Source of the DNA: a bacterium
Lineage (GTDB): Bacteria > JAGOBX01
DNA: 64,000 nucleotides
Direction of reading: 5' to 3'
Assembly: GCA_029551925.1 (NCBI GenBank)
Contig: JAKPEO010000124.1
Location: 86,898 to 150,897 of the forward strand
Below the pieces are notes generated by a model that worked only from the letters and a program-made list of their open reading frames with translations, was not told the DNA's origin and did not search any database. Positions 1-13,230 of this stretch are shown here, one piece after another; the stretch's first letter is position 1; each line of letters starts with the position of its first letter. The position numbers and the translations under genes are program-made.

Positions 1-2
1 GG

Positions 3-134
3 CTAATTCGTATAAATGCAATTATTAAAAATGAATTCGATTGGAAAACTAATGAAACTATTCAATATGAATATTGGTCTGAATATTGCGAAAAATTAAA
101 AAATATCTATTTATCTTATTCATCGAATACTTGA
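3..134 (+). CDS. 3' end of an unknown plus-strand gene. It is a partial C-terminal fragment of about 43 aa ending in TGA at 132-134.
   Basis: Frame 3 is open from the window edge and translates as LIRINAIIKNEFDWKTNETIQYEYWSEYCEKLKNIYLSYSSNT*. A hairpin followed by a T-run lies at 191-231. Confidence 0.3.
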   Translation, partial: LIRINAIIKNEFDWKTNETIQYEYWSEYCEKLKNIYLSYSSNT

Positions 135-190
135 TAATAAATTTCTTTTATTTATATCAACAAGTTTTATATTTGTAGAAAAAATAAAAA

Positions 191-231
191 AAGCCGATTT
201 ATTCAAAATTTTTGAATAAATCGGCTTTTTT
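191..231. terminator. Bidirectional rho-independent terminator.
   Basis: A perfect inverted repeat AAGCCGATTTATTCAAA / TTTGAATAAATCGGCTT with a 4-nt loop. It is flanked by A-run 179-192 on one side and T-run 227-231 on the other. It therefore reads as hairpin plus U-tract on both strands, and it sits between two convergent gene ends at 134 and 260. Confidence 0.7.
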
Positions 232-259
232 AATAAAAATTATACAGCTAAATGTTTTT

Positions 260-1309
260 TTAATAAACTAATATATCCGGTAATCCAGCTGCTGTATCTA
301 TCCATTTTTGAAAAGTAGCTTCTGTCGGGATATTTCCTATTACAGCTGTTGGATGTTCTTCATTGTAAGCAGCTAAATATTCTTGACACCATGCTCTTAA
401 TTGAGCAGCGCTTTGATTTTTAAATACACTCATTTTTGCTAAATCAACTTTCTTTTCTTTTGCAACCTTCATTAATAATTCTCCATATGCTTCGCCACAA
501 CCAGGTAATCTTCTAATTGACGCTTGTTTCGCCCAACTTAATACAAGCCCTTTTACCATTGGTTCTGAACCTGCGCTTATTGTCCGCGCAATTTCACCGC
601 GCCATTCATCATAACGAGCGCACATTAATAATGCCTGTAATGTTAAAATATTTAATGGCGCTGCTGCTAATTTTGCACGATAAGCTGGTCCAATACTGAA
701 TAAACTTTCTGTTTTTATACTGCCAGGTACCCAATAAAATGCGCCTGCTGCAACTGCTATCTTACGCATATTAGTATCGCTCATACCTTTTGTAGTCCAT
801 AAATCTACAAAATTGGAAAATGGACGACCTGTTAATATTCTTTCAATTGCTGTAGCGCCTAATCCAGCTGCTGCTAACTCTCCTGAACTTGCATTATTTA
901 CCCAATTAACGCATTTCTGTTTTTCTGAATCTGTCATTCTATACGCAAATTTTGCCCAATGTTTGTCCTGAGGATATTTGAATACTCCTGTTACTTTCGC
1001 TATCTGATTTACTACGCTAGCTGATATTCCAGCAGTGCCCCAAAAATCATCCCAATTTGTAATAAGTGCTTGCATATTATATTTTACTAATTTGGCATAT
1101 AATGTAGGACTTAATTTCGCCACGTTTTCCCATTGATATTGACTTGCGTTTCTAAACCAGTTGACTATGGTTTGTTTTTCAGCTTCGCTTATTAAATACT
1201 TGTAAGGTGTAATAGAAGTCTTGCGTAAAGGTAATTCTGCCCTTACAGCGCTTACCATTAACAACGATAATATCGCGGTTAATACTAAAAATAATCTTGC
1301 TTTTTTCAT
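260..1309 (-). CDS. Secreted protein with helix-hairpin-helix (ComEA-like) DNA-binding motifs. Function unknown.
   Basis: 349-aa ORF. N-terminal signal peptide MKKARLFLVLTAILSLLMVSAVRA. HhH-like motif ELAAAGLGATAIERILTGRPFSNFVDL, with a weaker second copy. GC content is noticeably higher than in neighbouring genes. Confidence 0.45.
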   Translation of the reverse strand: MKKARLFLVLTAILSLLMVSAVRAELPLRKTSITPYKYLISEAEKQTIVNWFRNASQYQWENVAKLSPTLYAKLVKYNMQALITNWDDFWGTAGISASVVNQIAKVTGVFKYPQDKHWAKFAYRMTDSEKQKCVNWVNNASSGELAAAGLGATAIERILTGRPFSNFVDLWTTKGMSDTNMRKIAVAAGAFYWVPGSIKTESLFSIGPAYRAKLAAAPLNILTLQALLMCARYDEWRGEIARTISAGSEPMVKGLVLSWAKQASIRRLPGCGEAYGELLMKVAKEKKVDLAKMSVFKNQSAAQLRAWCQEYLAAYNEEHPTAVIGNIPTEATFQKWIDTAAGLPDILVY

Positions 1310-1459
1310 AATATATACCTCCTAAAAAATTTTTATTCCTATTTAGCATTATAATATAATCCAAAATTTATTTTTTGTCAACTTTTTTTTGTTTTTTTTA
1401 CAATTTTATTTAATTATCAATTTCTTAAAATAAGGTTATTTTTAATATTTATTTATTTT

Positions 1460-2890
1460 TTAAATTATCACATTTTTTAGTGTTGATATTTTTATAGTAT
1501 TTCTTACATTCAAACCTATCGGCAATAAATGATAATACTTTATTTTATCAATATTTTCAATGATTTTTTTTTCGAATTCAAATAAATATTTTTTCAAACA
1601 CTGAGTGGTATAAATATTATCTATTATTGTCGCTTGCTCTTCTATCAATCTCAAAAAAAAATCTGTTTCCAGCGTAAAAAATTTATTTTCAGAATTACAT
1701 TTTTTTTTGTAATAAATGCTATTCTTGGAATATAGATGATTATCAATAAATCCAAAATCCTGACCTACAATAATTATTTTTTCAAAATTCAAATATGCAA
1801 TTAAATCGTGAGCATATAAAGATACGCCAGCACCGCCAGATAATTTGCTTTCTTCATCTAATTGTAAATTATAATTTTTTAGACATCCTTCAAGTATTTT
1901 ATGCGGATACGAATAAATATAATATTTTTCAAATTTATGCTGCTTTATAATTTCATAATAACTATACGGCGTAAAAACTAAAACAAAATCCAAATCACAA
2001 GCATTTTCAAAAAAATCCAGACAATATTTTTGCGGGTCAATAGTAATAACAAAATCAGGTATTATCCCGGCTGCAAGTAATATCGGCAATGCCGCGTCAA
2101 CTGCAAAAATAGTCAATTTTTTTCGATATTCAGAAATTTCCGCTAAATGATAATCTACTGAACTACCAGCGCCTACTAACAATGCTGTATTTTTATATTT
2201 TTTAGTTTTTAATTTTTTTATGCCATTATCTAATTTTAAATATTCTTTATTTTTCCAAATATTTTCTTCTACTATCCCTCCAAATTTGCCAGCAAAATTT
2301 TTACTGTGCAATTTTCGTTCTAAATATTCAACTATTTCTAAATAATCACCGCGTTCTTTCAAAATTTTCAAAACATTTTGCCGCACTATAATTCGCCCAT
2401 CTCTAAATTTTAAATTTATCAGCGCTAATCTTTCATTAAATTCTATTTTATTTTTGCCAAATACAAAATCTACATTAAAATTTTTCAAAAAACTAATATC
2501 TATAAATCTTATTATTTCATAAAAAATTTCAGGATAAAAAATTAAATATACTATGTGAATTTTATTATTTTTCATAATTTCAATAATTTTTTTTATTTCA
2601 TAGCCACCTAAAAATTCCATTACAAAATAAGCATCGAGATTTTCAGAATATTCGGATTTTATCAATCTCTCAAATGTCAATTTCGGATTATATTTGCCTT
2701 CAAAATACAAACTTTTATTATCGTCATTAACAAAACATTCTACTATTGCAGCATCAGAATCTTGGATTTTTATAGAAAATTTCAGGTTTGATTTTTGCGC
2801 GGCGGCATTGTATTCTGTTAAAAATTTAAAAAACTCAAAATAATTTCCTTTTAAAAACAAAATATTTTTTTCTAAAAGTCCGCCAGTCAT
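1460..2890 (-). CDS. DUF115 / MptE-like (motility-accessory-factor-like) protein.
   Basis: 476-aa ORF. The core TALLVGAGSSVDYHLAEISEYRKKLTIFAVDAALPILLAAGIIPDFVITIDPQ matches the GxGPS...D-A....gi.PD.vv..D signature of the 6-hydroxymethylpterin diphosphokinase MptE-like / Maf family. The gene is very AT-rich. Confidence 0.5.
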   Translation of the reverse strand: MTGGLLEKNILFLKGNYFEFFKFLTEYNAAAQKSNLKFSIKIQDSDAAIVECFVNDDNKSLYFEGKYNPKLTFERLIKSEYSENLDAYFVMEFLGGYEIKKIIEIMKNNKIHIVYLIFYPEIFYEIIRFIDISFLKNFNVDFVFGKNKIEFNERLALINLKFRDGRIIVRQNVLKILKERGDYLEIVEYLERKLHSKNFAGKFGGIVEENIWKNKEYLKLDNGIKKLKTKKYKNTALLVGAGSSVDYHLAEISEYRKKLTIFAVDAALPILLAAGIIPDFVITIDPQKYCLDFFENACDLDFVLVFTPYSYYEIIKQHKFEKYYIYSYPHKILEGCLKNYNLQLDEESKLSGGAGVSLYAHDLIAYLNFEKIIIVGQDFGFIDNHLYSKNSIYYKKKCNSENKFFTLETDFFLRLIEEQATIIDNIYTTQCLKKYLFEFEKKIIENIDKIKYYHLLPIGLNVRNTIKISTLKNVII

Positions 2891-2894
2891 TTCA

Positions 2895-3587
2895 TTATTT
2901 TTTTTCGCCGTAAGCCATACCAGCAGAAATAATATACCGCATTGCTTCTTCCATTGTCATATCAACAAACTCTATTTCACTTTTATGCGCTATAACAAGA
3001 AATCCAGAAGTCGGATTAGGGGTAGTAGGTATAAATACATTATAATATTCATCTTCTTCTGTTGTGCTGCTTTTCAACCACGACGCTTTTGATGTCACAA
3101 ACCCTATTGCTTTTACTCCTTTTCGCGGAAATTCCACTAATGCCACTTTATGACCTGCGCTTGAAGTAGTTCGCATATTATTCACTATTTGCTCTACTAT
3201 CTGTTTTAAAATTGAATAAATCTTATTTACTAACGGTAATCTATCTAATATATATTCGCCTAGTTCAATCATCTTTCTACCAAAATAATTAGAGAAAAAA
3301 TAACCAATTAAAATTATTGAAATAAAAGTAACTACAAATGATACCAATACATCTGAATATTTTATCAAAATAGAATCGTGAAAATATTCAGGTACAACAT
3401 AATACAAAATATTTTTCGGCAAATTATTATAAATAAACAAAAACAAAAATTTCAAAATTATATAAGTTGCAGTAATCGGCGCTACTATAACCATTCCAGT
3501 CAAAAAATATCTTTTCATAAAATTCATTGCTTTTCTAATTGTAATTTCTATAATAGAATCTTGATTTTGTGTTTCCATTTTTTTCAC
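2895..3587 (-). CDS. DUF502-family membrane protein.
   Basis: 230-aa ORF. N-terminal RYFLTGMVIVAPITATYIILKF is typical of DUF502 (FLxGLxxLLPxxxT), followed by a second TM segment. It overlaps the PBP gene by 4 bp, which suggests an operon. Confidence 0.5.
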   Translation of the reverse strand: MKKMETQNQDSIIEITIRKAMNFMKRYFLTGMVIVAPITATYIILKFLFLFIYNNLPKNILYYVVPEYFHDSILIKYSDVLVSFVVTFISIILIGYFFSNYFGRKMIELGEYILDRLPLVNKIYSILKQIVEQIVNNMRTTSSAGHKVALVEFPRKGVKAIGFVTSKASWLKSSTTEEDEYYNVFIPTTPNPTSGFLVIAHKSEIEFVDMTMEEAMRYIISAGMAYGEKK

Positions 3588-5656
3588 CCTCTAAATTTTA
3601 AAATGAGCGTTTGCTCTTTTTTTATAATATTATTCGGCTTTATACTTTGATAATATAAATAGCCCGCGCCTTCTATTTTCAAATTTATATTATATTCTTT
3701 TAAAATTTCAGATAAAATATTAAGACATTCGCGTTTAGATTTGCCTGTTAAATCCGGCATCAGATGATTTTTTTCGCGGTCTAATCGAATATCTACTGTA
3801 TTTTTATTTTTTAAGGCGTTTTCTCTTTTGTTAATTTCAATATAATCGTCATTTTCATAAATTGGCGCAACTTTCGCTGTTTTTATATCGCTGACCGGAT
3901 AATTTTCTTTGTATTCCAATATTCGCACTGCAATATTTTTAAACGCAGGCGCAGCAGTTAATCCGCCGGATGCGCCTTTTCCTGCTTGATTGACTATCAC
4001 TAAAATCGCATATTCAGGTTTATCTTCTGGAAAATATCCGAAAAATGATGCAATAGAATCTTCTTTGCTATAACCGCCTGTCTGCTGGTCAATAGTTTGC
4101 GCTGTCCCGGTTTTTCCTGCTACTGCTATTCCTTTTATTTTAGCTTTTTGACCAGTGCCACCACTTTCAATTACTTCCATCAAATATCTTGACACGCGCT
4201 TAGCTGTTTTTTCAGAAATCGCTTGTCTTATAATTATCGGAGTATCATTTGAAATCACAACATTATTATTATCATCGCGTATTTCCTTTATCAACCGCGG
4301 CTGTAATAACGCTCCGCCGTTAGGTATTACCATTAATGAATTTATCAATTGCAGCGCTGTTACTGTTATTTCCTGACCTATACTAATAGAATATTTAGAC
4401 AACCCTGACCAGCGTTCCGGCGGCTTTACTGCCCCAGCGCGTTCACCAATCAATCCTAATCCGGTTGTTATGCCGTATCCAAAATTCAATAAATATTTAT
4501 AAATCAAATTTTTTGGGACATTCGCTACTAATTTTATTATACCTATATTGCAAGAATTAGCTATCACCTGCGCAAATGTCTGATCTCCGTGGGTTACTTT
4601 ATTAAAACAATGATAAGTGTGTTCATAAATCTTATATCTGCCGGGACAATTAATAATTTTAGAATCATCTACTAAATCCTCATTTACAAGTAATGCCGCA
4701 GTAACTATTTTTTGCGTTGAACCCGGTTCATACCAATCGCTTATCGCATAATTTCTTAATACTTCCGGGTCAGTAATTTTATTAACTTCATTAGGATCAA
4801 AATCAGGACGATTAGCGAGCGCCAATATTTCACCTGTTTTTGGACGCATTACTATACAAGTGATGCTTTTCGGATGGTAATACGATTGTATTAAATCCAA
4901 TTCCTGCTCTACTATCTGCTGAATATTGAAATCTATTGTTAAAACAACATTACTGCCTGAAAAACTCGACAAGATTTTTTTGTCGTAAAATAAAATGCCT
5001 ATCGGCTCTTGAAATATCTTATTTTTTGCGTTTCTACCGCTCAGCACATCATCTGCTGCAGCTTCAATACCATATAATCCTCGATTATCGCGCGAAACAT
5101 AACCTATTATATGCGACAAAAAATTTTTGTGCGGATACACGCGTTTATATTTAGTTTGAAAAGCAAATGCGTTTTCGTATTTTTTCAATCTGCGGCGGAT
5201 TTCATCTAATAATTTTTCATCGTCAAGGTCATCGACTAATTCTATCCAATTTCTATTTGTAGAATGAAATTTTTTGTTTAATTCCTCGTATGTAGTATTT
5301 AATATTTCTGATAATATCGCTACTGCGCCTTTATCTTCTATTACCTTTCGTTTATCTAATACTAATATTTTTTTCTTTACAGAAAACGCTAATTTTTCAA
5401 GATTACGAGCATATATCATTCCGCGCGGTAAGGTTATACTGCTAATTTCTTTTGGTTTGATTATATTTAACGGCAATTTAGCTGTTTTCTTTTTTTCTTC
5501 CTTAGTTAAACGTTCTAATAGCGTATCTTCTTCCGGCTCGTTCAAATTGCTAAACAGCATCATTTTGCTTAAATTAATTATCAAAAGCAAAACAAAACAA
5601 CAAAATAAAAATAAAATAATTTTTAAACGAAATTCTATTTTTTTCTCAAAACTCAT
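3584..5656 (-). CDS. ftsI: Penicillin-binding protein / peptidoglycan D,D-transpeptidase of FtsI/PBP2 class, with a C-terminal PASTA domain.
   Basis: 690-aa ORF with an N-terminal TM anchor. Contains the SxxK motif (PGSTQK) and the KTG motif (GKTGTAQ). The C-terminal ~70 aa are PASTA-like (DLTGKSKRECLNIL...LKIEGAGYLYYQSIKP). Confidence 0.8.
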   Translation of the reverse strand: MSFEKKIEFRLKIILFLFCCFVLLLIINLSKMMLFSNLNEPEEDTLLERLTKEEKKKTAKLPLNIIKPKEISSITLPRGMIYARNLEKLAFSVKKKILVLDKRKVIEDKGAVAILSEILNTTYEELNKKFHSTNRNWIELVDDLDDEKLLDEIRRRLKKYENAFAFQTKYKRVYPHKNFLSHIIGYVSRDNRGLYGIEAAADDVLSGRNAKNKIFQEPIGILFYDKKILSSFSGSNVVLTIDFNIQQIVEQELDLIQSYYHPKSITCIVMRPKTGEILALANRPDFDPNEVNKITDPEVLRNYAISDWYEPGSTQKIVTAALLVNEDLVDDSKIINCPGRYKIYEHTYHCFNKVTHGDQTFAQVIANSCNIGIIKLVANVPKNLIYKYLLNFGYGITTGLGLIGERAGAVKPPERWSGLSKYSISIGQEITVTALQLINSLMVIPNGGALLQPRLIKEIRDDNNNVVISNDTPIIIRQAISEKTAKRVSRYLMEVIESGGTGQKAKIKGIAVAGKTGTAQTIDQQTGGYSKEDSIASFFGYFPEDKPEYAILVIVNQAGKGASGGLTAAPAFKNIAVRILEYKENYPVSDIKTAKVAPIYENDDYIEINKRENALKNKNTVDIRLDREKNHLMPDLTGKSKRECLNILSEILKEYNINLKIEGAGYLYYQSIKPNNIIKKEQTLILKFRG

Positions 5657-5679
5657 ATATAATCAATTCAAACTAATTT

Positions 5680-6447
5680 CTACAATGCCAAAATTTTAGT
5701 TACAGATTCTTTTACTAAATTTATAGTGTTTTCTTCGCAGCGACTGACAACAAAATGGTCTATCCGTTCGGCATCTGTTCTATTCACTACAACACCGGCA
5801 ACGCACCCGGCTTTCAAGCCCAGCGCACTGCATATTGTAAACACAGCAGATGATTCCATTTCATAATTTAAAACATTTAATTTTTGCCATTCTTTCATAC
5901 TGCCTTGAAATCTGCGAATAACATAACCTGAAAATGAATCGTATCTTTCCTGCCCCGGATAAAATGTATCTGACGATGCGGTAATTCCCACTTTAAAATT
6001 CAATTTTAATTTTTCCGCTGTATCTACTAACACGCGAGTAATATAAAAATCTGCGACAGCAGGATATTCGAGCGGAGCATAATGCGCAGAAGCGCCATCT
6101 AATCGCACTGCTGCTGTTGTTATTACTATATCTCCGACTTTTAAACCTTTTTGGATTGAACCGGTTGTGCCTACGCGCAAAAATTTCTCCACGCCTAAAT
6201 ACGCTAATTCTTCTATCGCTATTGTCGCTGATGGACCGCCGATGCCTGTTGATGTGGTTAAAATATAAGCATTTCCTACTTTTGACAAATATGTGCGATA
6301 TTCGCGATTAAACGCTAATTCCACGCTATTCCTATCAAGAGCCAGCGCTATCTTTGGCACGCGCGCCGGGTCGCCGGGTATTATAGCTAACTTTGCATTT
6401 TTTATCTGTTTTTTGTTAATATTCAAATGATAAATATTAACCATCAC
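5680..6447 (-). CDS. udp: Uridine phosphorylase.
   Basis: 255-aa ORF. It aligns along its whole length with E. coli Udp. Shared motifs include LAIIPGDPARV, TGIGGPSATIAIEEL, FLRVGTTG, VRLDGAS.HYAPLEYPAVADF, SSDTFYPGQERYD, MKEW, NYEMES and AGVVVNRT. Confidence 0.9.
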   Translation of the reverse strand: MMVNIYHLNINKKQIKNAKLAIIPGDPARVPKIALALDRNSVELAFNREYRTYLSKVGNAYILTTSTGIGGPSATIAIEELAYLGVEKFLRVGTTGSIQKGLKVGDIVITTAAVRLDGASAHYAPLEYPAVADFYITRVLVDTAEKLKLNFKVGITASSDTFYPGQERYDSFSGYVIRRFQGSMKEWQKLNVLNYEMESSAVFTICSALGLKAGCVAGVVVNRTDAERIDHFVVSRCEENTINLVKESVTKILAL

Positions 6448-6453
6448 TCGCTC

Positions 6454-7293
6454 CTAAAAAAGTAAATTGTATAATTGATTCCTGTATTCTTCTATTTTTT
6501 TTGATTGTCCTAAAATTGTAAATATCGATACTAACGCTTTACGCGCGATCTGCTCTTTATAGTTTTTGTTTTGTTTTATTAATTCTAATAATATCGCCAT
6601 TGCTTTTTCGTAATCTTTATCTTCTAATATTTTTTTTAACGCTAAAATTAATTTAGTATCATAATCTGCATTATTAATATCAATTTTTTTTTGCTTTTTT
6701 GCGTCATTATGCAATCGCCAAAAATCTATCGCGTCTATTAAAAATTTCGATTCTTTGTCAACTATGTTTTGCGATAGTTCTTCCGCTTTATCAATATTGC
6801 CTGTCAATAAATAATATTTAACAAGTTCAATAAGTATCTTCTCATTATTTTTATCTTTTTCTGAAAGCGCTAATAATTCGCGTTCTACTCCGTCAAAATC
6901 AAAATTTATGATTCTTTTTTTTATATCGTCAAAAGTGCTTTGCTCTTCTGATTTTTTTAGTTTTATATGCCTGCTGATAAAGTCTAATAATTCTTTTTCT
7001 GATACTACGCCTTCGAGTTCGTCAACCACTCTGCCTTTGATTATCAATTTTAATTCAGGAATTCCGCTTATTCCTAAATACATCGCTATCTGCTGTTCGC
7101 GCTCGACATTCACTAATCCTAATAAAATTTGGCCATTATACTTATTAATCATATTTTCTATTTGCACCTTGAATCTTACGGTTTCCGGCACTTGTTCAGC
7201 CCAGAAAAGCAGAAGCATCGGAATCTTTACAGATTGCTTCAAAACCTCATTAACATTATTTTCAGTTATTACAAAAACATTATTTGCTTGCAT
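6454..7293 (-). CDS. YbbN/CnoX-like thioredoxin-domain protein with a C-terminal TPR-like domain.
   Basis: 279-aa ORF. N-terminal thioredoxin fold without a CxxC motif (VLKQSVKIPMLLLFWAEQVPETVRF), as in YbbN. The C-terminal half is helical and TPR-like. It lies 6 bp upstream of udp. Confidence 0.55.
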   Translation of the reverse strand: MQANNVFVITENNVNEVLKQSVKIPMLLLFWAEQVPETVRFKVQIENMINKYNGQILLGLVNVEREQQIAMYLGISGIPELKLIIKGRVVDELEGVVSEKELLDFISRHIKLKKSEEQSTFDDIKKRIINFDFDGVERELLALSEKDKNNEKILIELVKYYLLTGNIDKAEELSQNIVDKESKFLIDAIDFWRLHNDAKKQKKIDINNADYDTKLILALKKILEDKDYEKAMAILLELIKQNKNYKEQIARKALVSIFTILGQSKKIEEYRNQLYNLLF

Positions 7294-7374
7294 CTATTGC
7301 CTCCAAAATTCTACACCAAATTGCTATAAATTTATTAATTAAAATCAAATAAATTCAAATTTTCTTATCTAAAA

Positions 7375-8118
7375 TTATTTATCTTTTGACATCCACTTAA
7401 ATAACTCTATGGGTATCGGAAAAAATGTCACAGAATTATTTTCAGCCGCTATTTCTTTTACAGTCTGCAAAAATCTTAATTGCAAAGTAACAGGCGATTG
7501 CTCTATTATTTTCGCCGCGTCCAATATTTTCTGCGCAGCTTGAAATTCGCCTTCTGCGCTGATTATCTTCGCTCTGCGCTCGCGTTCCGCTTCCGCTTGT
7601 TTAGCCATTGCGCGTTTCATCGTATCAGGCAATTCCACATCTTTAATTTCAACAGTTGAAACTTTTATGCCCCACGGGTCTGTTTGCTCGTCTATTATCT
7701 GCTGAAGCGATTGATTTATCTTTTCACGATTTGTCAATAAATCATCTAATTCCGATTGCCCTAACACGCTGCGCAGCGTAGTCTGCGCTATCTGCGAAGT
7801 AGCAAGATAATAATTTTCTACTCGCACAACAGCATGTTCAGGATTCATTATCTTAAAATAAACTACCGCGTTCACTCGCACAGGCACATTATCTTTTGTT
7901 ATTACTTCCTGCGCCGGCACATCCATAGTGACAATACGCAAATCTACTTTTACCATTTTTTCAATCCCCGGCACTAACAAAAATAAACCAGGTCCACGCG
8001 CACCGACTAATCGTCCTAATCTGAAAATTACGCCGCGCTCGTATTCTTTTACTATTCGCACTGCTGACATTAAAAACATTATTCCCAAAAAAATAAAAAA
8101 CATAAATCCAGGTATCAT
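7375..8118 (-). CDS. SPFH/band-7 stomatin-like membrane protein.
   Basis: 247-aa ORF. N-terminal TM segment followed by [18 protein letters not shown]...[30 protein letters not shown]...[11 protein letters not shown]...[15 protein letters not shown], which is the canonical stomatin/QmcA signature. Confidence 0.85.
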   Translation of the reverse strand: MIPGFMFFIFLGIMFLMSAVRIVKEYERGVIFRLGRLVGARGPGLFLLVPGIEKMVKVDLRIVTMDVPAQEVITKDNVPVRVNAVVYFKIMNPEHAVVRVENYYLATSQIAQTTLRSVLGQSELDDLLTNREKINQSLQQIIDEQTDPWGIKVSTVEIKDVELPDTMKRAMAKQAEAERERRAKIISAEGEFQAAQKILDAAKIIEQSPVTLQLRFLQTVKEIAAENNSVTFFPIPIELFKWMSKDK

Positions 8119-8132
8119 TATGCTGGTCCCCC

Positions 8133-8183
8133 CTTAAAAAAAATATTACCACAAGATTAGAAAAATCTAAATCTTGTGGTAAT
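8133..8183 (-). terminator. Rho-independent terminator downstream of the PFOR gene.
   Basis: Inverted repeat ATTACCACAAGATT / AATCTTGTGGTAAT at 8145-8183. On the minus strand it is followed by an 8-nt T-run (the complement of AAAAAAAA at 8135-8142). It sits 50 bp past the PFOR stop codon. Confidence 0.65.
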
Positions 8184-8233
8184 ATATTAAAAAAAATCTA
8201 AAAAAATTTTCAACTAAAAACTTAAAAAAAAAA

Positions 8234-11788
<3,555 letters not shown>

Positions 11789-11852
11789 CTAATTTTTTTA
11801 TTATTTTTGTTTGTAAATAAAATTATAAATTAAAAATAAAAAAAATAAACCT

Positions 11853-13230
11853 TTATTTTGTTTTTTTCAAAACATCAACTAATGATTTTGTGTTCTTTTT
11901 GAGAGCTTCTCCTTTTGATTTCAAATCCTCGCTTTTCTTTAAAATCTGAGCTGAAATATTTTTTAATTTATCTGTTGATGCTACTATACTATTTATCACG
12001 CTCGTTTGTTCTTTTACCGCTTCCGAAATTTCAACTATCGAATTATTAGTCTCTTCAATAGCGGAATTTATCACATTAAAAGACGAAGCGGCTTGTTCCA
12101 CTAATTCTACACCTTTATTGATAAGTGTTCTTCCGCTATTCATAGATTCTACTGATAATGATGTCTGCACTTTTATGGTATCAACTAACAAAGAAATTTC
12201 TTTTACTGATTTATGCGTCTGCTCAGATAATTTATTTACTTCATCTGCAACAATAGCAAAACCGCGTCCGGCCTCGCCAGCACGCGCTGATTCAATAGCG
12301 GCATTCAAAGCAAGCAGTGAAATTTTTCTACTTATACCCGTTATTATTTCTACTATATTGCTTATTTTTTGACTGTTTTCATTTAATGTGTCTAATTTAT
12401 TTGAAGTTGTTTTTATACTTTCTTTTATATTTTCCATTTCTAATGTTACCATATCCATTATCTTTAATCCGTTTTTTACAGCGTTTATCGTGTTATTTGA
12501 AATTTCGCGACTCTTTTCGCAATTATGGTCTATTTCCTGCACTGACGCTGAAAATTCTGTCAGCGCTGTATCTGTATCATGCGTTAATAATGACTGTTCA
12601 TTACTTTGTTTTATAAATTCATTTGATGAATTATTAACTGTCTCTGAAACTTCATCTATTGTCACAGCGACTTTTTTAACTTCGTTTATTATATTTTCTA
12701 AATCAGAAATTAAATTCCTTAAATTATTAGTCATTATTTTGAAATTATTGCCTAATTCGCCTTTTACTGTCTCGGATAATATCGGATGATGCAATTCGCC
12801 GCGCGCTATCGCATCCGCTTGCTCTGACAATTTCTTTAAACTAAAAATCATATCTTTAAACGCATTGCTCAATACTCCAGTTTTTTCTATTTTTAAATTT
12901 TTGTTGCTCAATTCTCCATCCGCTATTAATTTCGCTAAACCGGCAAACTGTCTTAAATTTTTTGTCATTTCGGCAAACGCTTTACTTAATGTCCCGCTAC
13001 CGCTTGTCGAAAGTTCGTTCGCATAAAGTTCGTCGTTCGCTATTAATTGCGCCTGCTTGGTTAAATTTCTTAGATTCACAATAACATCAGAAAACGCCTT
13101 GCCTAATGTGCCCGCACCATCGGTGCTAAGTCGTTCATTATATAAATCATCATTTGCTATAATTTGCGCTTGCTCCGCTAAATTTTTTAAATTAGCAGCC
13201 ATCTTATAAAACGCTTCGCCTAAATCGCCT
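11853..13230 (-). repeat. Dispersed direct repeat of about 1.2-1.4 kb. It is the 3' half of the MCP gene, and its partner lies at approximately 39153-40570.
   Basis: The two MCP C-terminal halves align at the DNA level at roughly 75-80% identity. One example is ...TTTGATTTCA..TCCTCGCT.TT.TT.A.AT.TG...GAAATATTTTTTAATTT.TC.GTTG..GCTACTAT.CT... in both genes. Confidence 0.6.

Noticed and set aside
517-699. Short plus-strand ORF (60 aa) antisense within the 260..1309 gene. Many similar ORFs of 60-145 aa lie antisense inside large genes, for example 4155..4376, 5274..5699, 10298..10910, 12118..12789, 40157..40605, 47215..51258 and 55346..55654.
   Set aside because: Each is fully embedded in and antisense to a long, well-supported CDS. 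Translations are low-complexity and rich in F, L, I and S, which is typical of AT-rich antisense frames. There is no SD or start context.
260-1309. Considered calling the GC-rich ComEA-like gene a horizontally transferred island.
   Set aside because: The core PFOR gene shows the same GC elevation. So GC alone more likely reflects expression-linked codon bias. No integrase, flanking direct repeats or tRNA are present.
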